This document shows positions 25,301 to 39,938 of a stretch of DNA of 64,000 bases, in pieces; position 1 is the stretch's first letter, and every line of letters starts with the position of its first letter. Under the pieces are notes generated by a model. The model ran no database searches. It had not been told where the DNA came from and worked only from the letters and a program-made list of their open reading frames with translations. This DNA comes from Octopus vulgaris. Lineage: Eukaryota. Location of the stretch: contig OX597814.1 of assembly GCA_951406725.2 (NCBI GenBank), forward strand, positions 89,032,001-89,096,000, in the 5' to 3' direction. The position numbers and the translations under genes were made by a program.

Positions 25301-28269
25301 CCTCAGCTGCATATATATGTATGTTTATGTGTCTGTGTTTGCCTCTCTAGCATCACTTGACAACCAATGTTGGTGTGTTTATGTCCCTGTAACTTAGCCA
25401 TTCAGCAAAAGAGACTGATAGAATAAGTACTATGCTTACAAAGAATAAGTTCTGAGGTCAGTTTTCTTGACTAAAAGCACTGCTCCAGCATGGCTGCAGT
25501 CAAATGACTGAAATAAATAAAAGAATAGAAGAATATATATATACACACGTACATATATGTGTTAATTAAATATTTTTCAGGAGATGTCTGGAAGGAACAA
25601 AGTCTAGAAAAAAGTGTGCTGAAAGTACTTGAAAGTTTCTTTGAAGATTATTTTGATGGCGCCATGAACCCATTAATAGTAAGTATTCTTGTGCAAGTAG
25701 TATAATGTATCTGTTTTGCAAATTTCTTTTACAGTGAACTTTCTTTTGAAATACATTTTCAGCAATAAGTAGAGGAAATAGTTTATTAATTTCATGTATC
25801 AGTACAGTCAGTTAAGAGTTGAAGTCAATGAAACAGCAAAAATGACTTTGTACTACATTAAAAGAAATATTTTCTTGTATTGTGTTTTTATTCTTCATAA
25901 ACAAGACCTTTTAAAAGTGTCCTTGTTAATACTTCTGCCTTTATATTTGTTTTCTTTCTGTCTTAAATGTTATATTAACTATTTATTAAATAGCATTTGT
26001 ATGACCATTTTTTCTTCTTTCTTTTTTGTTTTTGTTTTGGTTGGTGGGGATTGATTTGTTTTGTAGTTTTAGCCCTTTCTTTTTACCAATGATAGCTTGA
26101 GTTTGATAGTTTTGTAGATGCAATAGTTTTCTATTTCTGGAGCCCTTTCTAACTGCAGAACCACAAAGTCGTCAACTGCTTGCCATGTGTCAAATAGTTC
26201 AGCTTGACTCCTATTGTAACTCATTCAGTTATTATACATCACAACTACAGAATCTTAGATTACTTCATACATTAACATATGCTGTTTGTATGTAAATATA
26301 AGAATTTAATTATCTGTGGCATCTTTTAATCAGTTCTTATATAGATATGTATAAGGCAGAGTCTCACATATGTGATATAGTAAGTTGAAATACTCCAGTT
26401 AACTGAAATTATCTGTTTTATTAGAGGACAAAAATCCCCACCAAGAGTGTTTCAAATCTAAATACACCAACTAAAGAAGATAATGACAATAATATCACCT
26501 ACATGATTTTTTAAAAATAAAAATGATGCAAATATGAATTGAAAATGACTTGCAAACTAACAGTGAAAGAACAGACATGTTTCAGTCTTATTAGATTTCA
26601 TTGAAGTGCAGTTTACTCACTTGACACGAGATTTACAAGCAATCAGTATATATAGAAATAATGACAGCAAGCTGGCAGAATTGTTAGCATGCTGGGCAAA
26701 GTGCTTAGCAACATTTTATCTGTCTTTACACTGAGTTCAAATTCTGCTGAGGTCAACTTCACCTTTCATCCTTTCGGGGTCAATAAAATAAGTATCAGTC
26801 ATGCACTGGGGTCAATGTAATCAACTTACCCCACCTACAGATTTTCTGGCCATGAGCCAAAATTTGAAATATTTAGAAATATTGGTGGCAAGCTGGCAGA
26901 ATCATTAGCATGCTGGACAAAATGCTTAGTGGTATTTCATCCATCTTTACATTCTAAGTTCAAATTCTGCTGAGGTCAACTTTACCTTTCATCCTCTTGG
27001 GATTGATAAAATAAGTACCAGTTGAACACTGAGGTTGATCTAATTGACTTAGCCCCTCTCCCAAAATGTATGTATGTATGTATGTATGTATGTATGTATG
27101 TATGTATGTATGTATGTATGTATGTATGTATGTATGTATGTATGTATGTATGTATGTATGTATGTATGTATGTATGTATGTATGTATGTATGTATGTATG
27201 TATGTATGTATGTATGTATGTATGTATGTATGTATGTATGTATGTATGTATGTATGTATGTATGTATGTATGTATGTATGTATGTATGTATGTATGTATG
27301 TATGTATGTATGTATGTATGTATGTATGTATGTATGTATGTATGTATGTATGTATGTATGTATGTATGTATGTATGTATGTATGTATGTATGTATGTATG
27401 TATGTATGTATGTATGTATGTGTATGTATAGGGGGAGAGTTCACGAAAAAAACAAAAGACGAAGACAGGTGGTGTGCAAAACAAACAGATGTATTAGTAT
27501 AACGCTCAGGAATAGAAAAAGTCTTTTACGTTTCAAGTCTACACTCTTCTACAGAAAGGGACACAGAAAAAAAACAAGGGGCGAAAAAAAAGGGGAGAAA
27601 TATATGTATGTATATATGTATGTATTCATGCATGTATATATATATATATATGTGTGCATGAATGAATGAAGAAAAAATGTAATGACACTCTTTATGAGTA
27701 TCAATAATAAGTTAGAGGGAAAAATACCTCAAGGAAGTGTTCCAATTTCTTAACACATACAGCTAGGTCTCACATATGTAATTTAGTGAGTTTATTTTTG
27801 TTACAAATTTTGTCAAACACAGTACTCCTAAACATGTTTCAACGTAATAAAAATGCTACTTCTTCAATTCACAGAGGGAGTTGTTGAAACAGAAAAACGT
27901 AAGTTTCTCAGATGCTGACATTAAGGATGTAATTGGTTTGTTGTGGGGACAGCCATATACCAATGAGTCTATTAGCCTCCCACCTCCAGCATTCAAAATA
28001 TGGCAGACAGTATTGAGTGCACTCAGTAACTTAACAAGGGATGGAAAATTTGTAATGTAAGTAAATTGTTTTAGCAATTCCTCCATTTTTATTTATGCAT
28101 TTAAGCTATTTAAAACTGGTACATCCATGACAGTGTGGTGAAGAAGGTTACTTACCAAGATGTTTTTTGAGTTCAGTCCCAACACATGGCAATTTGGGTA
28201 GGTGTCTTCTACTATAGCCTTGTGAGTGGATTTGGTAGATGGAAACTAAAAGGAGCTCATTATATATAA

Positions 28270-28328
<59 letters not shown>

Positions 28329-29790
28329 GTGTGAGAGTGTGTGTGTGAACCATTGTTCAGATATTGTGTGCTGGTTGTAAATGAGTGCCGTCATCATCAT
28401 CATATGAGCAGCATTGTTTGTTTCCAGTCTTCTGTGAAAAATATATCTAGCCATGTGGAAACGTGACCTTGCTCGAAAGCTGGTAAGGATTAGCCACAGT
28501 ATCACCACCCAGCTGTAGAAAATCTGTATTGACTAATTTCGCCTGTTGGCCAATTAAAGTAACACAAAACATCATAGCCAGAAATATGAGTTTTATATCC
28601 TGTGTGTCAAAACTCTCGACCAAAAAGTAAACAATTACACTGTCAGCCTGAAAGAAAACCAAGTTTAAATGCAGTTCTCATATAACATAGTTTATATGAG
28701 ATAAGTTTATGGTTTCATGCTTTATTCCAGTATACTGTCACAGTATTTTATTTATTTATACAGAGTAAAATATTTTCCTCTACAAAACCACTTATAATCT
28801 TTCAATACATGTGGTGAAATATACTGAATTCACACACACACACAAAATGTATTTGTAAAATAGCAATATGTCTTATTTGACTGTCTATTTTATATGCCTA
28901 CAGATATGTTAATCTATAGAGTCTATAGTACACATCTTGCTTTACTGAAATAAACTGCTTGCTCTAAGTATGATGCTGCAAAGACATTAGCCTGTAGCGC
29001 AAAAAATTCTATTAAAAAAAACAAATACAAAATTCTTTTTATTAATTGAAAATTACTCTTTATCATGTTGTGTCTGGGGAGAGTCATTTTCTTTTTGTGC
29101 CTTATAATGTAACAGACTCACCAGTAAAATTTCCACTTATTTTTATTTTCCTAAAATTTTCGTTGCATCTTGCAACCTTTACAATAGTCAAGACTATTGA
29201 AAAGGTAAAATTTTCGTTTATTTCTTATAAGAAATAAAAATAAGAAATAAGTGGAAATTTTACCGGTGAGTGTGTTCCATTATAAGGCACAAAAAGAAAA
29301 TGACTCTCCCCAGACACAACAGAATATGCTTCAACACACGAACTCATATAAACAATCTTGCAAACCAAATCAAAAAACAAAATACTCTATATCAGATGTA
29401 TATTCTTTTCTGAACACTATTTTTCAGATCAAATGGAAATAAAAGCATTCTTCAACAGCATCTCATGGACATGTTGGCTACAGTACAAAGTAAGTACTTT
29501 TTATTCCACTTCTTTCAGTGTCTTTATAATCTTTTCTTTCCAAAGTTTAACTACCTAAAATGCAAGGGAATTACTCAGAGAGACTTTGAAGATTGTCAGC
29601 TTTATCAAATAATCTTATGAAATCAACAACTGGTGGTAACCATTTCCTTAACCTTTTACTAGCAAAAATACAAAAAAAATAATAAATTTTACATATAATA
29701 GATAGATAGATAGTTAGATGGATAGATAGATAGATACTTCATACATACATGCATGTGTATGCAGTTATGCATGCTTACATATTTACTTGC

Positions 29791-29843
<53 letters not shown>

Positions 29844-29966
29844 GTTCACTTCATAACTATATATTCATATATTCATGAAAACAGCACATACATATAACAA
29901 TACACAATATATTATATATAGATGTTTTCAGATATTCAAATATTTGTATGTATGGCATATATATAC

Positions 29967-30023
<57 letters not shown>

Positions 30024-30024
30024 T

Positions 30025-30069
<45 letters not shown>

Positions 30070-30083
30070 TATATATATATAGC

Positions 30084-30116
<33 letters not shown>

Positions 30117-33100
30117 TGTATGTATGTATGTATGTATGTATGTATGTATGTATAAAGAGAAAGAGAGATCTAGAATCATAGATATGAAGATATATGTAAA
30201 TGGTGATGTAGTACCCATCAACAGATATGTAGTGCTTGCTATTAAATGGCGTTTTACTAAAAGCACCAAGCATTCTACCTATAGAACAGGCAACAGTAAG
30301 GTAGCCACACAGTTTTGTAACAGTGTTATTTCTATGTACAGGATAATACGGTACCTCGACCCCAAAATGTTGTCCTGCTGTTCATGAAATACTAGTGTTG
30401 ACTTTTATACAGGGTCTATGAAAAATTCCCAATCTTTTTGTCAAAATTAGGGGGTTGACTTTTACATGAGATCAACTATTACTCACGTATGTATGTATGT
30501 ATGTATGTATGTATGTATGTATGTATGTATGTATGTATGTATGTATGTATGTATGTATGCATGTATGTACAGAGAGTGTTTGGGCTGAATTTGATAGTTT
30601 CCATTAACAGAAAAAAGAAACACAATATCCCACCCAAAAATAAAAGTATTTTTTAAAAATCAAAAAAATATCTATGTTATGACTGCGTGATAACAGTTAA
30701 TTCAAAGTAGCTACCTTCAGCCTCCACTACAGCCTCAAGAAGGCTCCATAACCTGGCACATGCATTCCTCACTGTATTCCTGGGAAGATTGTCAAACATC
30801 TCCTTGATCTTAGCCACTAGTTTGGGTTTGGTGTTGTAAGAAAGCAGTTGGTGTCTTTGTCAACCATGCCCACACATAGTAATCCATGAGATTACTATGG
30901 GATTACTAATTCAAGAGAATTAGGGGGCCAGAAATTAGGTCTGGAGAAGTTGTAAAAATTCTACAACACCCACTTCTGACTCTTTCTGGAGGTATGGCAA
31001 GGAGTCAAATCTTGCTGCTACACATATGACCTTCCTGCTGCAATCTTCTCCAGTCTGGGTTTAACCATAGTTTCCAGCAGCCCTGTGATACTAGAGACAT
31101 ACCCAAAGACAATCACTGTTTAGGGGAACTTGGTTTTCTTGATGTCCATGTCACATCTTACAGCTTTTACAGTGTTCACAGAGCAATGTGCAACATTCAT
31201 GATATTAGCGTTTTGATCACTTGGTCAAATTATCATGATACAGGTAACTTTCTTCCAATATTCAGATGATTTCCAGCCCTCCATGTTGGGTAACTTTTTC
31301 TTAACCACAACTTTAATCATTATGCTCTCCAATGCTGTTGACTGTTCAGCAATATATCAAACTGCTCTTGAAGATAAAAGTGGCAAAATAATCATCAATT
31401 TAATTCAAACACCCTGTATGTATGTATGCATGTATGCATGCATACATGTATGTATGTATGTATGTATGCATGTATGTATGTATGTATGTATGTTTTTGAT
31501 ACATAGTTTCAACATTTGGTCAGTTTTCTAGCTTCATAAGCATAATCTTATTAACATCATAATTTTTTTTCTTTTGGTTTTTTACAGACCAATTTCAATA
31601 CACAGACATGAGAAAATTCACAATGCTTTTGTCTAAAGCATATAACATCAGTGATAAAACAGTGGCATTGTTATTAAATAATACAGATGTAGTGAGTATT
31701 TCTTCGTCTTTTTCATGAATAATTTAAGCCATGTTATTTTATAAAATGAATAATTTTCATGTAGTCGTTAATTAGAGGCTACTTAATAGACAGTAAATGT
31801 TTCTAGATTTAATTCAATACAGTATAGTTAGCATCAAGCTGATTAGTCTAGTCATATTCACAGTTAAATCACAGTTATTAATTTGTGGAATTTAGTTAAT
31901 GTATTTTAAAGAACATACTGTCTTCTAAATACTAATGTTAGATATTTCATACAAAAGGAATTCAAAGTTAAAAATTTTAGTCTTCTACCTAAATCACACT
32001 TGTATACTGTTTAACATTTAGCATTTGGGTTACTCTGTCAAATTTAGTGCTTTGTTTTGAATTAATCATGCATTATCCTGCAACTTTGAGACCCCAATAG
32101 TGTGATTGTTTACTTTGGGTATGACATTATAGGGTAGGTGAGAGAGAATGGATTTGGCCAACTTGAACATAAAACAAGTAGAATTTTTTGTTTGGACGTG
32201 GTCACTTTAAATGCTAAAGGGTTAATTACCAGGAAATGTAATTTTTTTTTTTTTTTGCATTTTTACTAACTAACTAAGTTATTTAAATATCCTTGAAATC
32301 ATATCAATGATACAAAATAAAATATTTTCTCAAATTATGAAAAATATACCTCTGGTGGTTGTGAGGTGGTTAATGTTTTTTAACAGACAAAACATCAGAC
32401 CTACTAAAATATTATGTAATTCCTCATCATGCATGGTATTGCTGATATTTTGAGTTATTCCAGGGCAGCAAGCTGATAGAATTGGTAGCATGCTAGGCAA
32501 AATGCTCATCAGCATTTTATCTGTTTTTATGTTCTGAATTCAAATTCTGCCAAAGTTGACTTTACCTTTCATCCTTTCAGGCTCAATAAAATAAGAACTA
32601 GTTGAGCACTGGTGTCATTGTAATCAACTTACCCCATCCCCCGAAATTGCTGGCATTGTGCCAAAATTTAAAATCAATATTTTGCGTAATTCTTTGGTCT
32701 TCACCTGAATTAATAATATTATTATCATCAGGTGTCAACAAAAAATAATCTTAAGGGAAATATTATCTTTGATAAGTGTCAATTACTAAAGATTCTTTGG
32801 CTATAAATTATTACCATTTCCCAAATAGAGTAAGATCAGTTTATTGCTTCTTTTTTTTTTTCTATTTGAATACTCCATTAGTCATTTTAGCTAGAAAAAA
32901 GGAAATATGATAGAACAGGTACTAACTATCTTCTTCAGGAAGGATTATAGAAGAATTTGAACCAATAACTAGAAACTAATGAAACAAAATGAAATCATTT
33001 ATGCATTACCTCTGGGGTTAAAACACTGAATTATACAGCTCTTAGTGCATATTTAAATTTTCTTGTAATTATCTATGAAGAATTAAGGATTTAGAATGCA

Positions 33101-34665
33101 GTATAATGTTGGCAATGTAATATGACCCATTTATCTATCAGCTACTAGGTTATAATATTTTCATGACAATCACTTGGAACTTTTTTTAATTACCTAGTGG
33201 AAGGAAGAGGGTTGTACTAGTAATATTTGCATGTTTCTCAATGGTAATGTTGATGTGGTTGATATTTAACTTAAATCAAATATTAGCAACAGACCTTAAC
33301 AGACCTTAAGTCTTCAACTGTTGTATTGTACCTCCGGTCAAAGCACATTACTCACCGTATTTCAGTTTCACTGATATTACAGCAGAGTGGTTAGTGATGG
33401 GAAAGACAAACAGCTATAAAAACATTTGCTCCAACAATGGAAAAATGGATGTAAAACAATTTTCTCAAATATTGGCATAATGTCCTAGACACAACAAAAT
33501 TTTCTCACAGCAAGAATTAATTTACTCAAATCAAAATATTTATCTAAAGCTATTTATTCATTCCAACATTACTACATACTTTCCTTGTGTATCTTTTAGC
33601 TGTCAAAGATTCTCATGATGGACTCAAATCTTAAGGAACATTGTTACAATGGAACATTTAACAAGTTTTTAACCAAAGAAGCATCAAAATATAATAACAT
33701 ACCAAAAGAAATACTGAGTATTATCAATTCCACATTTTGCAGCAATTTTGACTTTTACTCTGCCCTTGTCAAATTGTATGACTCTCAATATTTGGAAGAA
33801 AAGGTAAAATTTCCCAGACAATTTACTTAATTCAGTATATCTTTTTATAAAGCTTCTGATTCATCTGATTCTCATTCATCATTCTTTCTATTTTTAATGT
33901 GTACCAAAATTATTTTAGTGTTCTAATGATTTCTTTATAGAAATAGAATAAAAAATATTTGATATTGGTTTATGATTTTGTTCTCATTTTGCCTTACAGA
34001 TCAATAGCTTCTTCAGTAACCAAAGTGGTGAAGATTTTATGAGGAAAATTATTTTAGATCAAGTAAAAATTTTGCAGGAGATAATTCCAAACTTGTCAGG
34101 TTTGGGATCTAACACATTTGTCAATGAAATAATGAGCAGTTTTAATGCCAGCAGCAATAGGTATATTTTCCTCCTTTTCATCATCATTATCATCATCAGT
34201 TTTTCATCTTTATATATTGACATTGATAAAACAAGTCTATAATACAGCAGCTTTCCTGGCATCTTTGTTCTGTTCAAGGAATTTCATAAGGTTCAAACAT
34301 GGTTTTTATTATACTTGGTCCTTCCTATTGTTTATGATCATCTGAGACGTTAAAATATTTTTAGTGTAACATCACTAGTAGCAAACATGTCTTTCAAGCA
34401 TATACCTATACTATAACAAAAGATGCTTATTAGTTACTTATAAGTAACTTTTACTGAAAGAAAGTAATTATTAAAGTCTACACTGTCTAAAAAATTCTTA
34501 AAGATTCCAATTTTAATATATATTCTATCAAAATGTTGTTTTCATACATTGTTTATTATTGAAGATTTCAGTCATAAAACTAATTTTATTTCAACATGAT
34601 ATAATGTTTTTTAAACATCTTACATCTGTATCCCTTTTTTTCTATCTCATTTCTTTGCAATGTAC

Positions 34666-34751
<86 letters not shown>

Positions 34752-36180
34752 TCTTTTTTTTTCTTAGTTTACCATTTATATTCCAGCTAGTCTTTCTCCT
34801 TGCTTTTAACTTTTCCTCTCTCACTCTTGTCTACATTGTATTTTTTAATGTCATTCTCCTTTCGCTCTACCACTCTCTCTCTCTCTCAGTCTCCCTCTCT
34901 CAGTCTCCCCTCACCTCTCAGTCTCCCCCTCTCTCTATATATATCTCTCTCACACATACGCGCACATACACATACACACATACAGACATTACACTTATAT
35001 CCCTTCCTCTATATGTGTGTACATGTATGTGCATATATCTGTCTGTCTATGTGTGTATGTGCGTTTAATAAATGTATTTATTCAAATATTATGTTTAGAG
35101 GATCATTGATTTACAAACTCATAATTTACAAACAAAATGCTGATAGATAACATCTATTTTGAATGCATTGTAATATAATTATTCATTTAAAGGTGAATGA
35201 ATAATAACTATATATTAACATATATGTATTTTCATTAAACAGTTTTGGTTACACGCTCATGAAAATGCTCTCAGATATCCTACCAATCACAACAGATACA
35301 ATTGGTGTTGATACATCAAACACAACAGGTAAATTTGTTTTCTGATATCTTTCTCTGATTTGCTATGGCTTTATCTCAAGCAGGCATTTACAATAATAAA
35401 CCTTCTTAGAGATAATATCCAAAGTCCAATGAGCTAGCTATTTTCTACATTTTCTGCAATATGAAGCAGATCAGAAATAGCATTGCTTGCTTGAAGAATT
35501 TAACTCACTAATGCAAATCAACAATTTCTTTGTTAGATTTATTATGCAAATACTACTTCTAGGAGTGAATTATACAAGCATGCAGTACCTACTCAAAGAT
35601 TTGTGGACTTAACTCAATCTTTTATCTTTAACTTGTCTTAGTCAGTAGACTATGGCACTGTCTTGAAAATGTTTTAGTAAAATGTGTTGGCCCCAGTACT
35701 TATTTTTTAAAAGCCTGGTAGTTATTCTATTGGTCTCTTTTGCTGAACTGCTAATCACAGGGACATAAACACACCAGTACCAGTGGTCAAGCAGTGGTGG
35801 GAGGGACAAACATAGACACAAACACATATATATATTTATTGAGACCCCCTTCGGTCATGACTGACTGTGGGATTGCACCTAGAAAGTTACCCTCCCAGGC
35901 ACAAGTCCAGGCAAGGTCGTTTATGGAAGACCAGCAGTCACCCATGCATACCGGCCTCCCCTCTCCATGCCACCAGTGTTATCCAAGCAACAGCAGATAC
36001 AGCTTGGCACCTGTGACGTTGCAACTCATTTCTACAGCTGAGTTAACTGGAGCAACGTGAAATAGTGTCTTACTCAGGAACACAACATGCAGCCCGGTCT
36101 GGGATTCGAACTCACAACCTCACGATCATAAGCTCGACACTCTAACCACTGAGCCATGCGCCTTCACTATATATTAATAC

Positions 36181-36236
<56 letters not shown>

Positions 36237-37159
36237 AGGTTATAAGAGGTAATGGTGTCATTGAGACCCAAAGGTGTCAGGTAATGCTGAATAAGACATT
36301 TGCCCAGGGTATCATGTTGTGAGATTGAACCCCAAACTATATGGTTGGGAAGCAAGCTTCGTACCACACAGCCACACTTGCACATAACATTGGTTTGATA
36401 ATAGCCACAATTCAATGTTGATGACAAGATACACATGATTGATAACACACTAGTTGCTCAATAACCAACTGACCTGGTGACCTGTGCCCTCAAAAATGAA
36501 TATGTATGTATAAAAATATGTAAACTAATTCTTTTCTTTTTTTCTATTTTGTAGAAATGTGGAAAGTAACTTTAGACCAACTTCTTGTGCAGTCGTCCTC
36601 CACTCAGTTGATTTTCAGAAGCTTTTTCCAAACTGGAGACTTGGACATGGACTCAGTTGTTGCTGAACTATTTAAAAAAGTTAGTTTTAAAGCTGTTTCT
36701 ATAGTTCTATATTTGAGTTAAAGCATTGTTGTCTGGCCATGATAGCTTGCCAATGTATAGCATAGAGTCACTCAAATGTCACACTACCTATCTTTTAATA
36801 TATACATATATAAAGGCAGTCAACTGTCAGAATCATTAGCATGTCAGGCAAAATGTGTAGCAGCATTTCATCTGTCTTTATGTTCTGAGTTCAAATTCTG
36901 TTGAGGTCAACTTTGCCTTTCATCCTTTCAGGGATTAATAAAATAAGTACCAGTTGAACACTGGTGTCAATGTAATCGACTTTTTGTTTCTGAAGGTATA
37001 CATATGGTAATTGAGCCTATGCTTCATATGGTTCTGGGTAGTTCCCACATATACCTTATTACTCGATTGAATACTCACTACACATTGGTAAACTATCTCT
37101 TTTCTATTGCAATTATTACTAAATACACAATTATTGCTTATTCTACAATCATTTGTTTC

Positions 37160-37190
<31 letters not shown>

Positions 37191-37422
37191 ATGTATATAT
37201 ATATATATATTCAAAATGTGGCCGCGTGTGTATCGTTGGTGATTTTTTTCCTCCATATTCCCTTCCTTGGATCTTTTCTTTTCCTATGTTTCTGACAAAG
37301 AACTCCGTTCGAAACATTAAATCCTCCTTCTTTCTTTCCTTTTCTGAGCGTCCAATAACACTATACTTGTTCCACATCCTCACGTTGTTGTGTTTTCTCT
37401 TTGTGTTTTCATGTTTGGATTA

Positions 37423-37513
<91 letters not shown>

Positions 37514-37899
37514 TGTATATATATTTGTTTATGCAGTTATTGATGCATTTCATTCGTTAATTTGTATCACTCACACATATGTTTGTAATCATTTAATAAA
37601 TAGATATAATTGAATGTTTACTGGCTGGTGTTTGTTGATTGTATATCCTCTCCATTTTTTTTTATTTTGCCTTACAAGTCCTGACTAAATTTCTAATTTG
37701 CCCCCACACATACCTAATACCTAATTGCGGTATTGCCATGCAATAGTAAACCCTTGGTTATAAATAATTAGGTACACATCCAGTAGTATGTTGGATATTT
37801 AATATCCCTTAGATGGTTTCTTAACTTCTAACTCATACACAATTATATATATATATTTCTGTATGAGTTATATATATATGTATATATAATATATATATA

Positions 37900-37943
<44 letters not shown>

Positions 37944-39896
37944 TATGTAATTTTGGGTCTAATGGGTATATGTCAGTTAGTGTGTTGAATAAAGCACATT
38001 CACAATTTGGGCTATCTAGTGTTATCCAGGGTTGGGATCTACTTCAGGAATTCTGCTGTATTAGTTGATACAGCAGGCACAAACAACATGCCTAGAACAT
38101 CTCAGTATATCTAGCAGGAGCTCTCCTTCTTTATGCATGTACCTGATGAGACACAAACTGCACAAATTTATGCAGCACAATTAGATGCACAAAATCATAC
38201 CCAAAATGGACAGTTGCCGGATAAGTCAAAACAACTATCATACTGAATAGAGACCAGTGCCAAATCTATCTTCCATCTCCTTCATCAATTATTATTATTG
38301 TTATATATATATATATATATATATATATGAAGGGTGTGCAGAAAAATTGCTGGCTTTGAGTAAAAGAAAATATAGGAGGATCAGTTAATTATGATTTTAT
38401 TCAACATATTCCTCTCTCAGATGTACATACTTGTTGCAGCAGTCCTTCAGTTTTTCTAAACCCCTTGAAAGAACTCAGAACGTTGGGTCTCCAACCAGGC
38501 TATTCAAAATACCCTTAATCCAGGAACTTTTCTGCACCTCTTTATATAATATTTAAAAAGTAAAAATTCTTTGTCTACATTGATGTGATTTATCATATTT
38601 TTCTTTCAGCTTGCTATGTTATTTAACATACCATCTGAGATGCAACTCCAGCCAGAGATTGCTTATGTGCAGCATGTTGTGAGGAACTTGAATAACGGAA
38701 ATGCTATGAGTTCAATTCTCAATGAAACCCAGTAAGTAATGCATCAGATAAAAACTTAATGATATAATCTTTAATCTTTTTCTTGTTCCAGTCATTAGAC
38801 TGTAGCCATGGAAGGGTTTAGTTGAACAAATCAGCCAAGTTTTTTTTTTAAGCATAGTACTTATTCTGTTGGTCTCTTTTTGCCCTACTTCTAAGTGATG
38901 GCAGTATAAACAAACCAACACTGGTTGTCAAGCAGTGGTTCAGGACAAACACAAAGGCACCCACGCACACATGTATATGTATCTTACTCAGAGTTTTCGT
39001 TGTGAAGTTTGTGAAGTTTCTGGAGTTTTTGAATTCACTGGTGCTATATTTTGATATTAACATTTGTTAATTGCCTCTCATCAGTTTTACGTTTCTTTAT
39101 TTCTTGACAGCACAGTAAAAATAGTGTTTGATGGAAGGGGTATAATCAATTACAACAACATCAGTACTTTATTTTATTAGCTACAGGGAGATAAATAGCA
39201 ATGAATTATGCTCTTTTGAATACAAAACAATATAATTCTACAAAGCATTTTGTCCTGTACTCTCTGATTCAGCCATCTATCTGCTTTAACCCTTTAGCAT
39301 TCAGATTTCTTTGTCAAATGTAATTGTGCTTATTCATGTTGTTTTGAATTAATTTTGTAGTTTGAGACATCGATGGTGTATTTGTTTAGTTTTTAGAAAC
39401 GTCATTGTAGGTTAGGTGTGATAGGCTGGATCTGGCTGTTTTTAACAGAAAACAGGTAAAATATTTTGGCTGGATATAGCCAGTTTAAATGCTGAAGAGT
39501 TAATAACAGTAATAAAATTACAGCCAAGTTAAGATTGATATCACTCAAAGTATGCAGAGTATATTAAAGTTTAAATTTAAGAAAAAAAGAAAAAAAAACT
39601 GAGATGTACCAATGACAAGTATTCATATGTGTTCAAATTTGCTGTCTTGCTTTTCTAGTATTTCCCATATCTGTCATCAAATTACATCAATGCCATCAGA
39701 TTCACAAATTTCAAAGAATATTGGAACATACATCTTTATGATAGAAATGGCTTTGGAGATCTTTAACTATCAAAACAAAAATTTTTCAGGTTAGTATATT
39801 TTAAAATTTATGGTAACTTTGTTTCTGAGATAGTATATCATTGCCGTCATAGATCGTCGTCATCATCATCATCCTTTAACGTCTGTTTTACATGCT

Positions 39897-39938
<42 letters not shown>

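Noticed and set aside
26960-27669. Long ORFs reading MYVC/HTYI on both strands (also near 1086-1687, 29857-30387 and 39847-40281)
   Set aside because: These are translations of (TATG)n/(TA)n microsatellites, which have no stop codons; not genes.
36085-36165. tRNA gene on the minus strand
   Set aside because: The A and B boxes continue into a SINE body present three times in the window; it is a tRNA-derived SINE head.
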